From Octopus bimaculoides (Eukaryota): a DNA stretch of 58,880 bases. The first letter of the stretch is position 1, and each line of letters opens with the position of its first letter. The stretch lies in contig NC_068986.1 in the NCBI RefSeq assembly GCF_001194135.2, forward strand, positions 76,684,848 to 76,743,727. The letters run 5' to 3'. Positions 49,661 through 58,880 of this stretch are shown piece after piece. Below the pieces are notes generated by a model. The model did not search any database, had not been told where the DNA came from, and saw only the letters and a program-made list of their open reading frames with translations. The position numbers were made by a program, and so were the translations under genes.

Positions 49661-50560
49661 GAACTATTGTGGCAAATAAACTTATTGAATCAATGGTGAG
49701 TATCAGTAGATGAACATACAACAAACTGTCTATGACCAGAATCAACCTGTTCAACTAACAAACTATTGCTACCATCTGTAGTCATGGCATGCACAGATGT
49801 GACATTCAGTTATTATGTGTGCGTGTGTGTAGCAGGAATATTCAGGAATCAATCACTATATCTGGTGTTACGATTTGCTAGAATATTACCCATAATAGCA
49901 AATCCTGACCAATCACAACTTTGCCTAGAACTGGCTCCTACAACAATTCTATCATATGTGCCTTTCTCTCTGAGACTAAGTAGCATTATAAATTCAGCAA
50001 GCCTTAGCTAATTGATAGAGGGTATTGAGAGACAGCATAAAGAGATGACCAGGAGATGGTGGAGAGCTATTGCAGCAAATGAACTTATTGAATCACTGGT
50101 GAATATCACTAGATGCTGAGCAAATGAATAAACAACAAACTGTCAATGACCAGAAACAACCACTTCAGCTAATGAACTGCTGCTATCATCTGTAGTCATG
50201 GCATGCACAGATGAGACCAATATGATTCTTTTTGTCCAGGTAAGTCAACCGACCAGATGGTGATGATAATAGTATTCAATGAAATACTACACCTACATCA
50301 ATGACTGTTGCTGCTACTCACACAAACATTCTAGACTGCATTCAAAATGGCCACCTAACTCTGGCCCTCATCTATACATACATATATGCACATACATAAT
50401 ATGTGTGTGCATAGCAGGAATAGTCAGCAATCAATCACTATATCCAATCTTGGGATTTGTTTGAATATTATCCATAATATCAACAAAATCTGTCCCATTA
50501 CAGCTTTTCCTACAACTGGCTCCAGAAACAATTCCATCTTTCTGTGCCTTTCTCTCTGAG
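49661..50560. repeat. Diverged tandem duplication (about 315-bp unit; second copy has an insert of about 175 bp)
   Basis: Shared cttattgaatca, catctgtagtcatggcatgcacagatg, aatcaatcactatatc and gtgcctttctctctgag. Confidence 0.8.
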
Positions 50561-50648
50561 CCTATCCATCAGTAATGACAACATTAACATTTTGTTTATG
50601 GGAAGAATGAAGAATAAAAATTTTGTTTATCAAAAAAACTCTACAGCC

Positions 50649-50680
<32 letters not shown>

Positions 50681-51956
50681 TATATATACTCTTTTACTTG
50701 TTTGTCATTTGATTGCGGCCATGCTGGAGCACTGCCTTTAGTCGAGCAAATGTTAGAGATTGGAGTTCAGTTGGATCGAACCAGCTGTTAACTGATAACT
50801 CTTCCCAGATATGATCCTACTGTTGCTTGACATGTAGCCTGTTGTCAACCATTTTTCTGCTTTGGTCCAATCAGTCATCCTTAAACAACGTAGTCCTAAT
50901 GAACTCTCCCACCAGCAGCATACTGGCATGGACATCTGATCTTCATAGAAGATCATCTTCCATTCTCAGGCTTGCCAACCAATCAATCTGCTTAACAGTT
51001 GGATTACAGAAACACACCACAACTCCCTGGCTGAAAGAAGGAATGAATAAATGAATGAATGAAGGAAGGAAGGAAGTGTATGTGTAACTTTTTCTTTTTG
51101 TAAAGTTATAGTCTATGACTTAACTGTACACCTCCGAAAGACAAGGTTTGGGTGCATGTGGTAATTTTCACCTTAATTCTATAAGGAAGCCCAAAGTAAT
51201 AAAGTCCATTGTTCAAAATAGGAAATTAACAAAACTCAACTAAATCTAAAAACTCAATAGAATATTCTCCATAATGTCTTCATGATCTGCTGGAATGACC
51301 GTCTTCCCACTATATCTATGTATCATGCAGTTAAAGAAAAGAGATTATTGGAATTAGTCATAGCTCATTTTAACCCCATCTTAGATATCATTTTTTGAAA
51401 ATTGAAAATTATCTAATTAGGCATTAGTGTGGGGGAAAATTTGACTTAGAATCCAACACAGAAAAGAATATTGATTGTTAAACACCAAAAATTATTCTGA
51501 TATTTTATTAACAACCTCAATTACAATAGAGTCAAAGCTGAGGAAAAATTTCTTGAAAAAAAGTCCCTGTCAGCTGACTATGTTCCAAACTCTCTCAGCT
51601 TCAACAACAACAATGCTGGCCAATTTTTACTCCTAAAGGTGATGCAATAATACAAAATGATAATGCAATACTTGCAATGGAATGATTTCAAACAGGTAGG
51701 GAGAAAATAACAAGAAATTACTAATTTTACCCCAGTTAGTAATTTTGCAACCCTACTCCATATATCGTCTTTTCAATTAAAAATTAACTGATATGGTGAA
51801 ACTTAATAGAGCAGAATCATGATGGCATGCATTACAGCGTTACTTATCCCGACTTTTTTTAGGGTTACATCATTCACTGTGGTCTTTCATAAGACTGAAA
51901 GGTGAGATCTGAATAAGTTTTGATTGCTATATCTAGCAGATCGCAGACCACATAGA

Positions 51957-52014
51957 GGTTTCCTTATTGGTACAGGGAGACAACTCCGTGTCTCCCTGTA
52001 TCAATAATGAAACT
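51957..52014. repeat. 26-bp hairpin with 6-nt loop upstream of MNAT1
   Basis: 23 WC, 2 G-U and 1 mismatch. Confidence 0.9.
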
Positions 52015-52211
52015 AAATTAATTAGTCATTTTACATATCTCTAAAATTATATATCGAATTCTTCAACATAATCATTTAAATTCAATAAATGATTTTAAAA
52101 AATTTTCATATTTGATTTATATAATATAAACCTCTGTGCTATAAAATGGAATAAGAAAATTTTACTAAACTTTGTCTTTAAATGGTTTTCCCATGTTTAC
52201 ATTAAAAGGAG

Positions 52212-52223
52212 ATGGCGATATAG
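52212..52223 (+). promoter_or_regulatory. Short uORF (ATG GCG ATA TAG) / YY1-like ATGGCG motif upstream of the MNAT1 start
   Basis: gagATGGcg, 57 nt upstream of and in frame with the main ATG; the TSS is unknown. Confidence 0.4.
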
Positions 52224-58168
<5,945 letters not shown>

Positions 58169-58555
58169 GTAAGTTACTTTAGAGTCTCATTAATATTCCA
58201 TTTATTTGCAACAATGAGTCTGTTATTTTATAAAAGTGTTGATGTTGGATTATTTTGTAGCATTGTTGAAAGTTTGTAAGTTAGAGACCTTGATAATTGT
58301 TTAATTATAGACCAAGATAATTGTTGAATTAAAACCCTAGATCATTGTTCAGTTACATTATGTTTTAGACAAGATAATCTGTGCTATTAGCTGAATTATA
58401 AAAGAATTACTGTTTCTCCTTTGCAGTTGTGAGGCACCTAACTGTAAAAAATGATATCACTTCCAAAATATAGATTGGATATTAGTGTAAAGATGCATAT
58501 TATGATATATAAAGTCATAAATGACTGAGAAATAGTTTGATAAAATTTTATTTAA

Positions 58556-58880
58556 CGTCGCCTTCCTGGCACTTGTGCCAGTGGCACGTGAAAAGACATT
58601 CGAGCGAGTTCGTTGCCAGTGCCGCTGGACTGGCTCCTGTGCAGGTGGCATGTAAAATACACCATTTCGAGCGTGGCCGTTGCCAGTACCCCCTGACTGG
58701 CCTTCGTGCCGGTGGCACGTAAAAGCACCCACTACACTCTCGGAGTGGTTGGCGTTAAGAAGGGCATCCAGCTGTAGAAACTCTGCCAAATCAGATTGGT
58801 GCCTGGTGTAGCCATCTGGTTTCACCAGTCCTCAGTCAAATCGTCCAACCCATGCAAGCATGGAAAGCAGACGTTAAACG
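58556..58880 (+). mobile_element. RTE-tailed SINE-like element with three 67-nt units; runs off the window
   Basis: ttgccagt unit starts at 58613 and 58680 plus a partial upstream unit. Confidence 0.82.

Noticed and set aside
58613-58750. 67-nt units as a CRISPR array or HDV-like ribozyme
   Set aside because: No unique spacers or cas genes in this eukaryotic DNA; an HDV-like fold lacks the P1.1 GG and the catalytic C in J4/2
58457-58825. 122-aa minus-strand ORF
   Set aside because: Antisense reading of the 67-nt-unit retroposon; no domain or splice support

Overview
AT-rich, microsatellite- and SINE-dense animal genomic DNA with two assembly gaps (17000-17506, 45662-45871). The repeat families suggest an octopod cephalopod such as Octopus (inference). 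Two + strand spliced genes were reconstructed by hand from GT/AG sites and frame continuity. (1) The 3' part of an ABR/BCR-family gene (end of DH/RhoGEF, PH, C2, RhoGAP): 17 exons, 871-41585, about 578 aa visible, with the 5' end outside the window. (2) The first five coding exons of MNAT1 (CAK assembly factor MAT1), 52269-58168, running off the window end. Introns and intergenic DNA carry tRNA-derived SINEs, RTE, R4/Dong-like and Penelope-like retroelement relics, a Helitron helicase relic and piggyBac-type MITEs. Unexplained structure centres on RNA folds. A near-canonical minimal type I hammerhead ribozyme motif lies in sense orientation in an ABR-like intron (5786-5868), and a degenerate hammerhead-like motif lies in a Penelope tail (26326-26361). 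Several unrelated long fold-back hairpins occur at 5235-5407, 36413-36634, 49390-49451, 51957-52014 and 52441-52752. All folds were paired by eye; none is experimentally or computationally confirmed.
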